A stretch of DNA of 61,629 nt, filler included, from Sphacelaria rigidula (lineage: Eukaryota), in assembly GCA_964200075.2 (NCBI GenBank). It is 6 parts of 6 records of this genome, joined end to end, with 100 filler letters (N's around TTAATTAATTAA, not from the genome) between each part and the next. Parts side by side here need not be neighbours in the genome. Positions count along the whole stretch, not along the records: positions 41,155 to 51,342 come from CAXNAA020006969.1; positions 51,443 to 61,629 come from CAXNAA020006970.1; 4 more parts are not named here. The stretch is one strand, 5' to 3'. Shown here piece after piece: positions 48,690 through 59,807 of this stretch. The first letter of the stretch is position 1. Every line of letters starts with the position of its first letter. The position numbers were made by a program, and so were the translations under genes. The notes under the pieces are model-generated. The model did not search any database. It worked only from the letters and a program-made list of their open reading frames with translations, and was not told the origin of the DNA.

Positions 48690-49659
48690 ACTTTATTCGT
48701 GCCAAAACACTCGAACGATGCGTGCCTCAATTTTTCGAATCTCGGGGTGAAATATTGACGACAGAGAAATCGCACTCAGGCCTACCCTACCCTACTCTTG
48801 GCTCATATATAGAGAAAGGGGGAGAAAGAGAGAGAGATTTTCTTGCTCACTTTGAGGGATTTGAATCGTCCAAAGTTAGTGTTGGAAAGAAGGAATAGGA
48901 AGCCGATGGAGTGACGCGGTGGGCCCAAGTCTTGTTCCTCTGGTGTCAAAATGTAACCCCGAGACTCGAAAACTTGAGCCGCGCGTAGCCTGTGGACTGT
49001 TGCCACAGAGCTTTGACCGGCCCAGCTCGTGTTTCCCCTGCTTCCGTGTATACGTTTGCGTCCTGTTTTTGACCCAAAGACTCAGGCGGTGCAGCGGACG
49101 ACTTGTCTGCTGTACGTGCACGTACCATTGATCTCCATTACGCTGGCAGACCCAGAAACGCCATTTTAAAATCCTCTGGACAACAAATGTGAACGGGGAA
49201 GATGGTGTCTCTCTTGGAACACAAGTTGTCGAGGAGCCAGGATTATCTCATAGTCCATAATATCAGTTCTCTCCGACTCGTATAATCATACATGAACGAA
49301 GTGTATCGAACTATCGAAGAAGTATCAACGAGAGAAGCGTATCTTGGCGCAATTCGACCGCATGGAAAGGAGCGTTCGCTCACCAACCCATACTGAATCG
49401 TTGCTCTGTCAGATTCGTACACGACAGCTGTTCTTGTCTTTCGTTTTGGATTATATCCTTTGTATACCACCCTCCTACTATATAAAAGAACGTGCTGGCT
49501 ATCCTTGTTCCCCAGGTATTTGATGAGCGCAATCGGAGGAAACGAGCACTAACGTAGCAGGGTTCGGACGAATCATCGCCGGTCCGAATCACCAAATCTG
49601 CGATTTTTCAGGCCTGATTGCTCGAAAGGAGAAGAAAAGGCTGACCGCTGGTGAAAAAG

Positions 49660-49835
49660 GTCTCCACGCAATTTTCGCGCCATTCCACGTGTCTATGCTG
49701 CGCGTACCTGGTTTGCAAAGCTGAAAACAAAACCTAAGGACCCTAAACCTAAAAGCCTAACCCTTCGTACGGCTCGAATCAATTACACTAAAATCAAGTA
49801 ATTTCCAGATCGATCATTAGTTCGTCCAACCCTAG
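49660..49835 (+). repeat. Dispersed repeat R2 copy with CCCTAA-like tract
   Basis: Matches 10300-10457, with extra CCCTAAACCTAAAAGCCTAACCC. Confidence 0.8.
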
Positions 49836-51342
49836 AAACGTTCACCCACAGTTACTTTCGTTCCCGGTAACTACAGTTGCCAATGATGAACCTGGCAACG
49901 ATAGGGCTGTGAACTGGCTGCTCTGGCTACTTAAGTTTAAACTGGCTGCTGGCTCGGCTAGTACACCGATTGTTTTCCAGTTTATCGGCTGCCCTTAACG
50001 GCCCCTCCCGGCTGGTGAGGGGGCCCGCGGGAGCGCCGCCAGATGTGAGAAGAATTGCGTTATTTGGCTTGTTTCTTCTTCAAAAATGTGGAAAATTGTA
50101 GAAAATGTGACCACTCACATTGAGGATCTGAAAGTCTTACATGGCACAGGAATGCCCCCCCAAAACTCTCAGACTCTATGTATCCCCCCTCCCCTCTGGC
50201 GGTCGTAATTTTTTTTTCTCACGTCAAGAAATACTCAACAAATGGCCATTTGGGGGCGACTGGAGTGAGGTAGTGCCCACGATAGTTGGCCCGATCTGCC
50301 ACCATAAAATGGGACGCACATTGGACGCAAATTGATGGTGCAGAAAGATGCGTTCAGCTCGATTGAGCAAGCATTGCAGGTCATTGTGGTTTTTGTCTGG
50401 TCTTGTTCTTGTCATGAAAGTGTGATGTGCGATGTATTGCCGGAACCCACAACTGTAACTTGGCCTTACTTGGCTCCGGAGGTATGCGGAGAATTAAAGC
50501 TTCAGGCAAACTCTTATGGGAGAGTTTGAAATTTTATTTTGTAATTTCAGGGGATGCTTTCTTTTTCTTTGTCATCATGGTGAACGGGCACAAAATACAC
50601 AACTACGACAAACAAAACAATAAAAAACGTTTAAAATTATTCCGAAAAAATCTGAACGCTCCCATCAAAGTTGACCTCATGAGCACGAATTTCGAATTTT
50701 TATATACTTTTCAGTTATTTTTTCATTTCTTATTTCTCATTTCTTATTCATGTTTGAGATTCAGTAACCCCCCGCCCCCCGACAAACTACAGGAGTTAAA
50801 AAAAGGGGCATTGTGTCTCGGATTGTTTGTGTTTGGCATTCTCGGATAACATTCAAATCCCACTGAAAGCGGTGAGCGAGTCGGAAATCATTCATCTGTA
50901 GTATGCAGCAGCAGACTCTCCGTGAGGAGAGGAGGATGCAAACAAGTCGACGCTGGCAGCACGCGGGTGGTATAAGAGCGCAAAATGGTTCACGTCCGGA
51001 CCCACAAGCACGCATGCAGTTCAAGTGCAAGCCACGGTGCACTTTGTATTTTGTGGTCGCGGATCTCCGTTCGTTTGCTATTTTTGATTCCAAATGTCGT
51101 GCCATTAAACGACAAACCTGGCATATATCCGCAATATCACTTCGAGGTGTAGTGACCACGAGAACTGTACTGTACTGTCTCTACCTGTACTGTTGTCAGA
51201 CGCAGACCCCAATCCTACTATCACTGTGTAAGCATTCAAGCATCTCTGTTATTAACGCACCATACTAAAAATGGTATAAACATAGCCGGTAACGGCAAAC
51301 TTCAAATAAACTGGATAAACTGGAGTCCTTCTCACCAGTTCC

Positions 51343-51442
51343 NNNNNNNNNNNNNNNNNNNNNNNNNNNNNNNNNNNNNNNNNNNNTTAATTAATTAANN
51401 NNNNNNNNNNNNNNNNNNNNNNNNNNNNNNNNNNNNNNNNNN
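51343..51442. other. Artificial 100-bp contig spacer
   Basis: N44-TTAATTAATTAA-N44. Confidence 0.99.
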
Positions 51443-51688
51443 GATGGCGGGGTTGTGGGTTGGGCGGTGCGGGGCGCGGGGAGATGGTACTGCAGTGTCT
51501 GCAGGGCTAACGGCCGACCCTGATCCGTCAGGAGTCAAAGCAATATTGCCGTGGGTCCTTCGTCTGTGCGTTTTACCGTGTCTCGCAGTTGGCTATCGGT
51601 TTGCTCGCCCCCATCGCTCACACAAACTCTCCTCAGCGCTTTCGACCACCCCCACTTGTCCAAAATGCCGAATTCCAACCAACCATAC

Positions 51689-51744
51689 CAACAGGTCATC
51701 CTCCACCTGGTGGGTGGAGAACTTGACATAAAAATTAACAGTAC
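51689..51744 (-). CDS. Candidate exon downstream of the metallopeptidase exon
   Basis: catgcag|GT...TTG|gtatgg; TVNFYVKFSTHQVEDDLL if the upstream donor at 51829 (phase 1) is used. Confidence 0.4.
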
Positions 51745-51832
51745 CTGCATGACCATAAACTACACTATTGCCCGTGCACCCGACAATATCACATCAATGG
51801 TAGAAGTGGTTCATACAGATTGATTTACACAC

Positions 51833-51974
51833 CATGTTGAGGCGGATGGCCCTCGCGCAGTCGTCGGTATCCGTGCCGGTGGGCTGGCCCTTGTACTCGA
51901 TGGAAGGGTTGGAGAAGTAGTTGATTCTCGGTGCCTGTATGGCCGGGCACTTGAGGCTCATGATGGTGCTGAAC
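51833..51974 (-). CDS. Metzincin exon: C-terminal part of a peptidyl-Asp metallopeptidase (M72)/reprolysin-like domain
   Basis: Acceptor gttctcag|G; FSTIMSLKCPAIQAPRINYFSNPSIEYKGQPTGTDTDDCARAIRLNM fits the pattern TIM(Met-turn)...RIxYFSNP...G.PTG...AR.I; strong GC3 codon bias. Confidence 0.85.
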
Positions 51975-53572
51975 CTGAGAACACGTTCGATGAACAGAGC
52001 GACCGCCATTCCGAGAAAGTTCAAAATATGCATCTTCGCATAGCACGAGCAAAATGGTTCATCATTTCGCGAGACATATTCAAGACTGAGTAGGCACCCT
52101 GTACGTAGTTGGAATGTATAGTTTCCGTGTACTATGGAGACTACGTAAATAAATATCCCTTCGAAGTGCCCGCTCTTCGCCCCCACAGGAAGGTCACACA
52201 ATCGTTCTAACCTCTACAGGACTTATTTTAGAACGCACGCTCGGGTAGACAGAGGAAGGCGAGAGTCGGGGAAAAAAACCCTTGGAAGTCGCCTCGGAAT
52301 CTGTCCTTGAATCCTATATAATCTCCAGAGTTTTCGTCAAATGGCCGGCGGAACGTTGCTTTCTCGAGTCCGCGTACGCCGGTGCAAGCGTACGATAGCG
52401 CCCTACTTGTTCACTATTTTGTCATGATTATAGTACACTCTCACTGTGGTCAACAGGGTTACCCCCTTCACCGCCGTCTAGGTCTCGCTAATCATCTCAT
52501 TTCACATACAATTGATGCGCGATGTAACAGATTCCCCCAGGCAGAAAACGATGGCTACACTAGGAGATAGATGGTGGCCAGAGACGGCAAAACAGGACGG
52601 GGACAAGATGTGTAAAATGTTTTTTGTGTTTTGTATGGGAGAAACGTAATGAGCTGCGGAAGAAAAATAATGAGCGCCAGAATGTTGAAGGTATCTCTAT
52701 CAGAGAGTAGGAACGGTGCTCCGTCTCGAAAGGGATGCGTGGTCAATGGTCGAACGACGAAGGCAAGCAACAAATGAGTACGCCCCCCCCCTCCCTTTCC
52801 CCTCTCCCCTGCCGTTTGTGGCCTTGCAGAGAATTTATATGCCGTCCAAAAATCACTGTTGAAGCGGGATGAAGGCCTCTCTGCAAGCCGCTCCTTAGCA
52901 GCGGGAGCATTCCAACGTAAACAAAAAATTGTTCAGAGAGTTGAGGCTTTCTACACCCCTCCCGTACGGTGTGGCGCGTCTTCAGGAAATTCCAAAACTC
53001 GGCCGCCTTACTGGGGTTTTTCTACAATCAGGTCACTTCGACCATTCTGACTCGCGGTCGACCCACCAGAGCGCAAACAGTGTGAACCCTTGCTCCCACT
53101 CCAGGAACATACGCCCAGGACGTTAACCAACTTCATTTTCAAAAAGTCTCACCGGTCTGATATTACTTGTATTTAGAATACGTCTCGCTAAATACTTGGA
53201 TTTAGACTGCATTCCCCGAACTGGGGCTGACAGGAGATATTTTGGGTGTGGTGACGGAACTATGATATGGCACCCTTCGGGTATTCTTTGGTTTGTTGAA
53301 TATTTATTTAAAATTATATATATTATTTATTAAATATCAAATGGGGCATTTTTTAGTTTGTTAAATATTGATTCAAAAGGCTTCATGTTATTTATTGAAT
53401 ATCAAATGAAAGCATGATTTGACTGTTGTCTTGGACATGGGTGGAGTTTATGATTATTGCGGGGTTTGAACTTCGAGTTCGTGCTGTTTGGTTGGTTCAT
53501 GATTCTTCAGCAACATAGAAAGTTGGAACATATACATTCAGAATCTCGACCGGAGCTCTTGGGATTCTTGTA

Positions 53573-53982
53573 CGAGCTGGGCCAGCCTAGAGGCGGATTT
53601 GAAGTTTGCAGGCCCATTCACCGGCCAATATTTAGAGTTGGAGCGAAAAAATTGGTACGGACAATTGATAGGGCATAAATATACATATACATATACGGAA
53701 GCATCAGATTTATTTTTTTCGTGAGTTGAGGGCATTTTACTGATACCTGAAAACTGATCATTGCCCTGAACTCATGGAAAAAAATATATGTCTGGTGCTT
53801 CTGGGAAAAAATTATACCCTATGCATTGTCCATCATACCAAATTTGACCCTCCGATGATATTGGCCGGCGCATTCGCCTTTTACAAACCGGGTCGTGAGA
53901 AATTTGGATCATGCCCCAACTCGTCTGTGTCGATGAGAATTGCTTTGAAAGCTTAAATCCGTCTCCAGGTTGGCCCAGCTCG
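53573..53982. mobile_element. MITE, mariner type (410 bp, TA TSD)
   Basis: TA|CGAGCTGGGCCAGCCTAGAGGCGGATTT ... AAATCCGTCTCCAGGTTGGCCCAGCTCG|TA; related TIR starts at 10046 and ~49020-49030. Confidence 0.85.
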
Positions 53983-54840
53983 TACTTTATCTGGGTTCAC
54001 TTGAACAGGAACTGAGGAATGATGACTCAACAAAAAAGATACCTTCGGCGGTCAAAGGGTTAATCAAGAAGGCAGCGGTCGGAGGTGTCGATTTGTGGGG
54101 TCGGCATCATCTTCACTCGAAAAAAGACTGAAAGTGACGTGCATTCAACAAATGGACACCTCCGGCTGTCGACGGGTCGAAACGGTCACGGTCAACCGGC
54201 GACCGAGAGACACATGACAGCAATCGGAATCGTTGCAGCCAAAAAAATATCGCCGCAAGCTACGTCTGATCACCAGAAAGACACAGACGAGCGGGTGGGT
54301 AGATGAGCACATTGCACAGAACAGGAGCATCGTAACACCATGCAAAACACAGCGCGGAAAGCGAATGTACTCTACAATGAGTGCCATACTCCATGAAGCC
54401 GGGCGACTGTCAGGACGTACTCTCGGAACAGAAAGCCTCAGGCGCTCCACCAGTTCGACCACCGAGGCATGGCGGCCGCTGCTGCTGCCTGAAAACAGCC
54501 ACTTTGATATGTTGGTTGATGCCGTAACGAATAAAAAAAAGGTCTGCATACCGACATTCCGCCTCTTCATCGGTACCTTGAACGTGTACCCCTCAATAGC
54601 GCGAAAATACACGTACCGACATGACGGTGCACCCGTGATCTTTACCGTCACATGTACATCAACGGCCTTCTTTACCCCGCCAAGACTTCACTCTTCATGC
54701 ATAACCCTTTCTTGTGTAGAAGCTACGCTGCCACAGCTTCCTTTTCTCGACGCCGGTGGTTGCGGCGATTCATAAGTATCAAAAAAATCGAAAATATAGA
54801 GAAGGGGGTATTCGATGAAAATGATGGGCCTTGTTTTGGA

Positions 54841-54933
54841 GGGGGGGGGGGGGGTGTACTCATGATCATGCATGCCATAGTCATCAGACCATTGACCTCG
54901 CATCCCTACAAAGCCGGGACGGAGCACGCCGGG
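54841..54933 (+). repeat. Dispersed repeat R1 copy
   Basis: G-run followed by TGTACTCATGATCATGCATGCCATAGTCATCAGACC...GCACGCCGGG. Confidence 0.9.
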
Positions 54934-54952
54934 TCATGGGTCATGCGTTGAA

Positions 54953-55112
54953 CCAGCATTCAATTTCACTTGAAAAATGACTGCATGGCCAGACTACTTA
55001 CCCTCGCGGTCAAAGGGTTCTATCGGGCATGGATCAGCATTCAACTTGACTTGAAAAATGATCGCATGTCCAGATTACCTGCCCTCGTGGTCAAAGGGAT
55101 ACATCGGGCATG
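54953..55112 (+). repeat. Tandem repeat, ~80-bp unit x2
   Basis: CAGCATTCAA.TT.ACTTGAAAAATGA...CCCTCG.GGTCAAAGGG...ATCGGGCATG twice. Confidence 0.85.
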
Positions 55113-55189
55113 AGTTTTTTCAAGACAAGAAGTACATGATAATGATTTCCATCTTGGCAGATTCCTACATATTATTTATTTTCCATCTG

Positions 55190-55486
55190 TGTCTGTCGCA
55201 CTTTGAACCCCTCCCCTTCCTCGGGAAGAGTCCGTTGTCTCAAGGGATCCACCCGTCTCTGCCGCGGTACCCGCCTTGCATTTTGGTCTCGCGGATTGGG
55301 TCAGCACTCCTGCACCCCGTCAACTCACGTCAAACAAACTCAGTCGACTACTTTGTTCACTCACGTTCTCACGCTTTCCATGATGGAAATCAGACATTGC
55401 GAACCAAAGACCCAACGCATCGGAGATCGAACCCCCGTTCTCTCCACCCCAATGGCGAAAGCTGGTCCGTTACACCACCGGGGTGC
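55190..55486 (-). mobile_element. tRNA-derived SINE family A, near full length (~300 bp)
   Basis: Head GCACCCCGGTGGTGTAACGG (A box)...GGTTCGATCTCC (B box); 3' end GGGGTTCAAAGTGCGACA. Confidence 0.8.
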
Positions 55487-55718
55487 GGTGACATAACGTG
55501 GATTATTATTGCAATCTTACAATATTTCAACGTAACAGGCGTGAAAAAGGTACCGTCGTATGCGATCCGTGAGAGCGGACGCTGTTACGCTGATGTACGT
55601 GCCAGTCACGCCTGTCCGCCAGTTTGGAATTCGAAAAATTAATATTAAAACAGAGTTTTCGGGACGATGGGATGTTAACATAATATATAGGTACCCATTC
55701 TTGTACCTTGTTTCTGAC

Positions 55719-55894
55719 CAGGTGACTGACGAGACGCTCGAAATATAGCTCGCACACGGGACACGTCCCGTCTCTGGGGCCAACATCCCTGCGAGAATTT
55801 GTCTGCGGCGCACCATGCGACCCGGGTCCACGAGTGTGAGCATTCGAGTCGCCAACCGGACCGGTGGCACGACCCGGTCCGCTCTTTGCCTTTC
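55719..55894 (-). CDS. Candidate exon ending in a zinc-finger-like motif
   Basis: Acceptor gtccgcctcgccgcag|GA; GKAKSGPG...DGTCPVCELYFERLVSHL; donor CTG|gtcaga. Confidence 0.5.
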
Positions 55895-56579
55895 CTGCGG
55901 CGAGGCGGACGAACAGCGGGCAAAGGCGTGCAGGCGACAAGAATGGAAGGGTCGGACAAATAAATTATTCGTCTCAAAAGTACTTGCTTTTGAATGTAAT
56001 TGATTCGTGCCGTACGAAACAATCAATCGTCGGGGGGTTGTTTTCAGTGCTGTACCCGAGGTACGAGCACCCCAGGCGCGTGGAATAGCGCAAAATATTG
56101 CGTGGGGAATATTCTTGTTCCGCGGTCAACCTTATCCTCTCTTTCGAACAATCAGGTGTTAAAAATCATAGATATTGGTGATTCGAACCAGCGATTATGC
56201 GTCCGACCCCGAAAAGAGTGGTGTATTTCCAGACAAAAACGATAACACCTGAAGGCAACCGCGAATCTTTTGCGAGAATTCCGACGTATCCACGCACGTC
56301 AATTACAGCAGATGATTCCAGGCCGCACACCAAGATCGAAAACCACATGTTTAGTATCAAGATTGAATTCTTCGGTTGTTGAGTTTTCTATTGGTCTAGT
56401 TTTGGGGCCCTTGAGGCCGTTTCTTTTCAATTTGCAAACAAAAAACACCCTTGAGAAAATATATATGTATATATTTCGTCCAATTTTGTCGGCCGAAAAA
56501 TATGATTTTTTTTTTTTTTATCACTTCTGTTGGCAACTGCACAAAATCGCTGAGAGTTTCCCGGTCTTGGAGATTTGAG

Positions 56580-56749
56580 ATTTGCACACCGTGGACAATA
56601 TACATGGTCAATAGTTGAAATATACATAAATGTAGGGCGTAAAGTGTAGGCATATTGGAATGGAATAGTTCCAATACGCCCATAATTTACGCAGTACATT
56701 TTTGTCTATTTCAACTGTTGACCATATACTGTCCAGGGTGTACAAATTT
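56580..56749. repeat. Imperfect ~170-bp palindrome (foldback)
   Basis: ATTTGCACACCGTGGACA...GGTCAATAGTTGAAATA mirrored by TATTTCAACTGTTGACC...TGTCCAGGGTGTACAAAT around ATTGGAA-loop-TTCCAAT. Confidence 0.8.
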
Positions 56750-57077
56750 GTTGCAACTGAGTTTCAACATGAATTTTGACGTACGTGTGCGATCACGCAA
56801 TTATAATAAAATGTCCTCCACGTATCGATCACATTGGCCAAAAGCGCTTGCGTACAGTATCGGATATTGCATTTAGTACAATATACACAACATTCGACAC
56901 TGTCTGTACGCAGTACACTCGTTGCCAAATGGAATGTATTGTTCAGGGTGTGTGTCTCATAATCGTCCACAAAAGCTGCAGCAAACGCGCGGAGAAACAT
57001 TGTATCCGGGCAGACATCACGGCGTGTTGTTAGATACTGCGGTATTCCGATCACAGCAGACACACACATACAGATAT

Positions 57078-57321
57078 GACACCTTCGACAATATATGGCC
57101 AATAGTTGCAATAGACAAGAAATATATTGTGTAAAGTATAGGCCTATTGTAGTTTATGTCGGCCGACAATAGTCGCACTAGACCTGTACTGAACGCAGTA
57201 CATTTTTTGCATATTGCAACTTTTGACCACATATGCCGACAATAGTCGCAATAGATCTATGCTTTACGCAGTAAATTTTTTTGCCTATTGCAACTATTGA
57301 CCATATATTGCCCAAGGTGTC
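57078..57321. repeat. Second, related foldback with a duplicated right arm
   Basis: GACACCTT.G.CAATATATGG.CAATAGTTGCAATAG mirrored at ~57284-57321; CCGACAATAGTCGCA occurs twice. Confidence 0.8.
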
Positions 57322-58789
57322 CTGTATATCCAGCGTGCACGCAAGGAAGGGGCTGAACGCGTGGACCCTCGTCAACCGCATATGTATGCATGATGAACGC
57401 TACATTTAGGAAAATCATATGTTGCTCGGAATGAAAAGGCCCGCGAGTATGGCGGCCTACCTAGACTCTGAATTACGAGACCATCCGTTTACAACAGTAC
57501 GGACGGCATATTACAACATAGGGAACACTACGACGACCCTTGTCTGTAACGCACTGTGCACTTTCGAGCACCGGCTCTGCTTGTACAATTGAGTAGTACG
57601 ATACCTGAAGCACGGCACCCTGTCCCAAGGACGTTCACAGAAAATTATCAGAGAGGCACACACTGTTCTCGCCAGCAGGAAGGGGAAAGCAACTCGAGGA
57701 AAATTACGCGAACTCGGCGACAAAAAACCCATGGTTTCACACGAGGGACAGATCATGATCCGTCTGAAAATGACAGATCAAAGAAGACTCTCGGACCTGC
57801 TGGTCCAAAAACACAAAACATGTCACCGCGGGGTCGGAGAAAGCCAGAGCGCAACCTTCGCGCTACTCGGCGTGCTCGACCTCCGGCGCTGCAGGGAGCA
57901 CATATGGATAAGGGGGGACGAATGATCCGGATCGTGATTCGGATCAGAATACTGAGGTCTTTCAATATCGAAGACATGTTTTTAGGTAAGTTCTCAAATA
58001 TAGGAGAGCTCGTAACGGCCCATTATTATCAAGATATGCTGTTGCTGTTGGATATCTCATCACGGACGTGGTGCATATGTCGTCATTCGTTTGTCTTCGC
58101 CGGCAGAATGAAGGACAGGATGATACTGCTTGCCCGCGAATGGCGTTGAAAGCTACGGTAAACATCTTTCTCACAACCCCTCTGTGAAAAGGGGGGGGGG
58201 GGGGGGGGGAGAGAGAGAGGGGAGGGGGGGGGAGGGGGCCGCCGCCAGAAAACGAAAAGGGGAGAGGGNNNNNNNNNNAACTTAAAGACATCCACCCCCG
58301 CTACCCACCCGGTAAGGGGGGGGGGGGGGGGGGGGGGGGGGCAGTCGGAAAGGCGACGGCGTGGTCGATCGCCCCTCCCGGAATACAGCAGCAGCACACA
58401 CAAATGAAAATGCAGACTGACTGAAGATTGCGCCGCGCAAAGATTGCAGCATGCTTGCTCTCCGTCAGGTTTATGTGCAGATAGCACAGATTTTTGCGCA
58501 CGAATTTTTGTTCAGCGGCCAATCTCGAAACCTCGGAGCCAAGCGAATCTGAAAAGCAGACTATTATAGGCTCCTCTCTGTGGGGTGATGCAAAGTGTTC
58601 GAGACGTGTGTTGGCGGTTTTCCATGTTTGGGGGTCAAAAGGTGGGTCAAACGTCCCAAAAGTGGACAATCCGTGGGCCAAAAATCTGTTTGCCATAACA
58701 TCCGGCCTGAAAGGAAGTAATTTTCAGACGGAGCATGATCTGTCCGACGTGTGCATGGTTCAAAAACATTTTGTATTGGTGTACACAAT

Positions 58790-59320
58790 CGTATTCGGAT
58801 TTTGTGTACGGGGTTCACAGTCCCGAGATCTCGCCCAGCGTGGGCAGCGCGCGTGCTCGCGAAAATCAGCGCCAAAGGCGCCGATTTGAGCTCTGCCAAG
58901 GCACACTTAGCCCAGGGCACTTTGTGTACCCGCCTTGCTCTAGGGATTCACGGTATGCCTCGGGTTGGTGTCTTCGGGTCAGGGATAGGGTAAGCGATAA
59001 AATTTTGTATGAAAAGCAACGTACATGTTGAAATCAAAACCACGGATTTTGGTGGCCGGGTTGGCGTGAACTCGGGTCAAAATCGAATCTCCGAACACGG
59101 TACGCTCTTACACGAGTTGGTCGCGCCGATCTCCATGGATGGCACATGGCTGCTATTTGTTGAATCCTAACCCTCACCCTCACTCTCATCCTCGCCCCTA
59201 ACTAAAGCCATACCGAGAGGAATTCTCGGACAAGGGAAGTAGATTGTGTGCCCTCAGCAAAATGCGCGCTGACGGGGCTAAAAATCGGCACCATAAGCGC
59301 CCCCGAGCACCTGGAACTGC
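58790..59320. repeat. Two module-M copies in inverted orientation
   Basis: + copy AAAATCAGCGCCAAAGGCGCCGATTT...GTATGCCTCGGGTT...CAGGGATAGGG; - copy CCTAACCCTCACCCTC...CATACCGAG...AAATCGGCACC. Confidence 0.65.
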
Positions 59321-59566
59321 GAACCAGCCATAGATCTCACATGATGGTTCACACGGAAAACGAGGATTTCTTCAGCCGTGGATCTTGGCATCCAACTCGC
59401 GTACACGCTACGCATGCGGACCCCAGGGAAACGTTTGCACCCTCTCAACGGTTCGGTTCGCACCCTGAAATAGATCTGTATCCTTTACAAGCAGGGCCCG
59501 TACCCTACACCAAAACAAATATCTCGGTCATTGGAAACAAGCGACACTTTCAACGCGCACCATAAA

Positions 59567-59610
59567 TCATGAGACCACGGCTGGACCCCTGGGGGGTCAG
59601 TTAAAGTGCG

Positions 59611-59643
<33 letters not shown>
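59567..59643 (+). mobile_element. Extremely 5'-truncated RTE-like LINE end with a clean (CAAT)n tail
   Basis: CATGAGACCACGGCTGGACCCCTGGGGGGTCAGTTAAAGTGCGACAATCAATCAAT..., nearly the reverse complement of 2741-2805. Confidence 0.85.
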
Positions 59644-59657
59644 GAAACTCTCCTCAC

Positions 59658-59807
59658 CTTTTGCTGGGCTAGCAAAAAGCGGGCTGTTTGAAGAACCGCT
59701 CTCAATACCCATCGCCATTGCCAGATCCGCTAGATCATCATCGTCATCGTGTCGCCCGCCTCCGCCCCGCCGTCCCGACATCGCCTCTGCCCCTGTCTCA
59801 CTCTGCT
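59658..59807 (-). CDS. Candidate exon (phase 1-1) of an unknown gene
   Basis: EQSETGAEAMSGRRGGGGRHDDDDDLADLAMAMGIESGSSNSPLFASPAK, donor AAAG|gtgagg; phase fits 55719-55894; acceptor uncertain. Confidence 0.45.
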
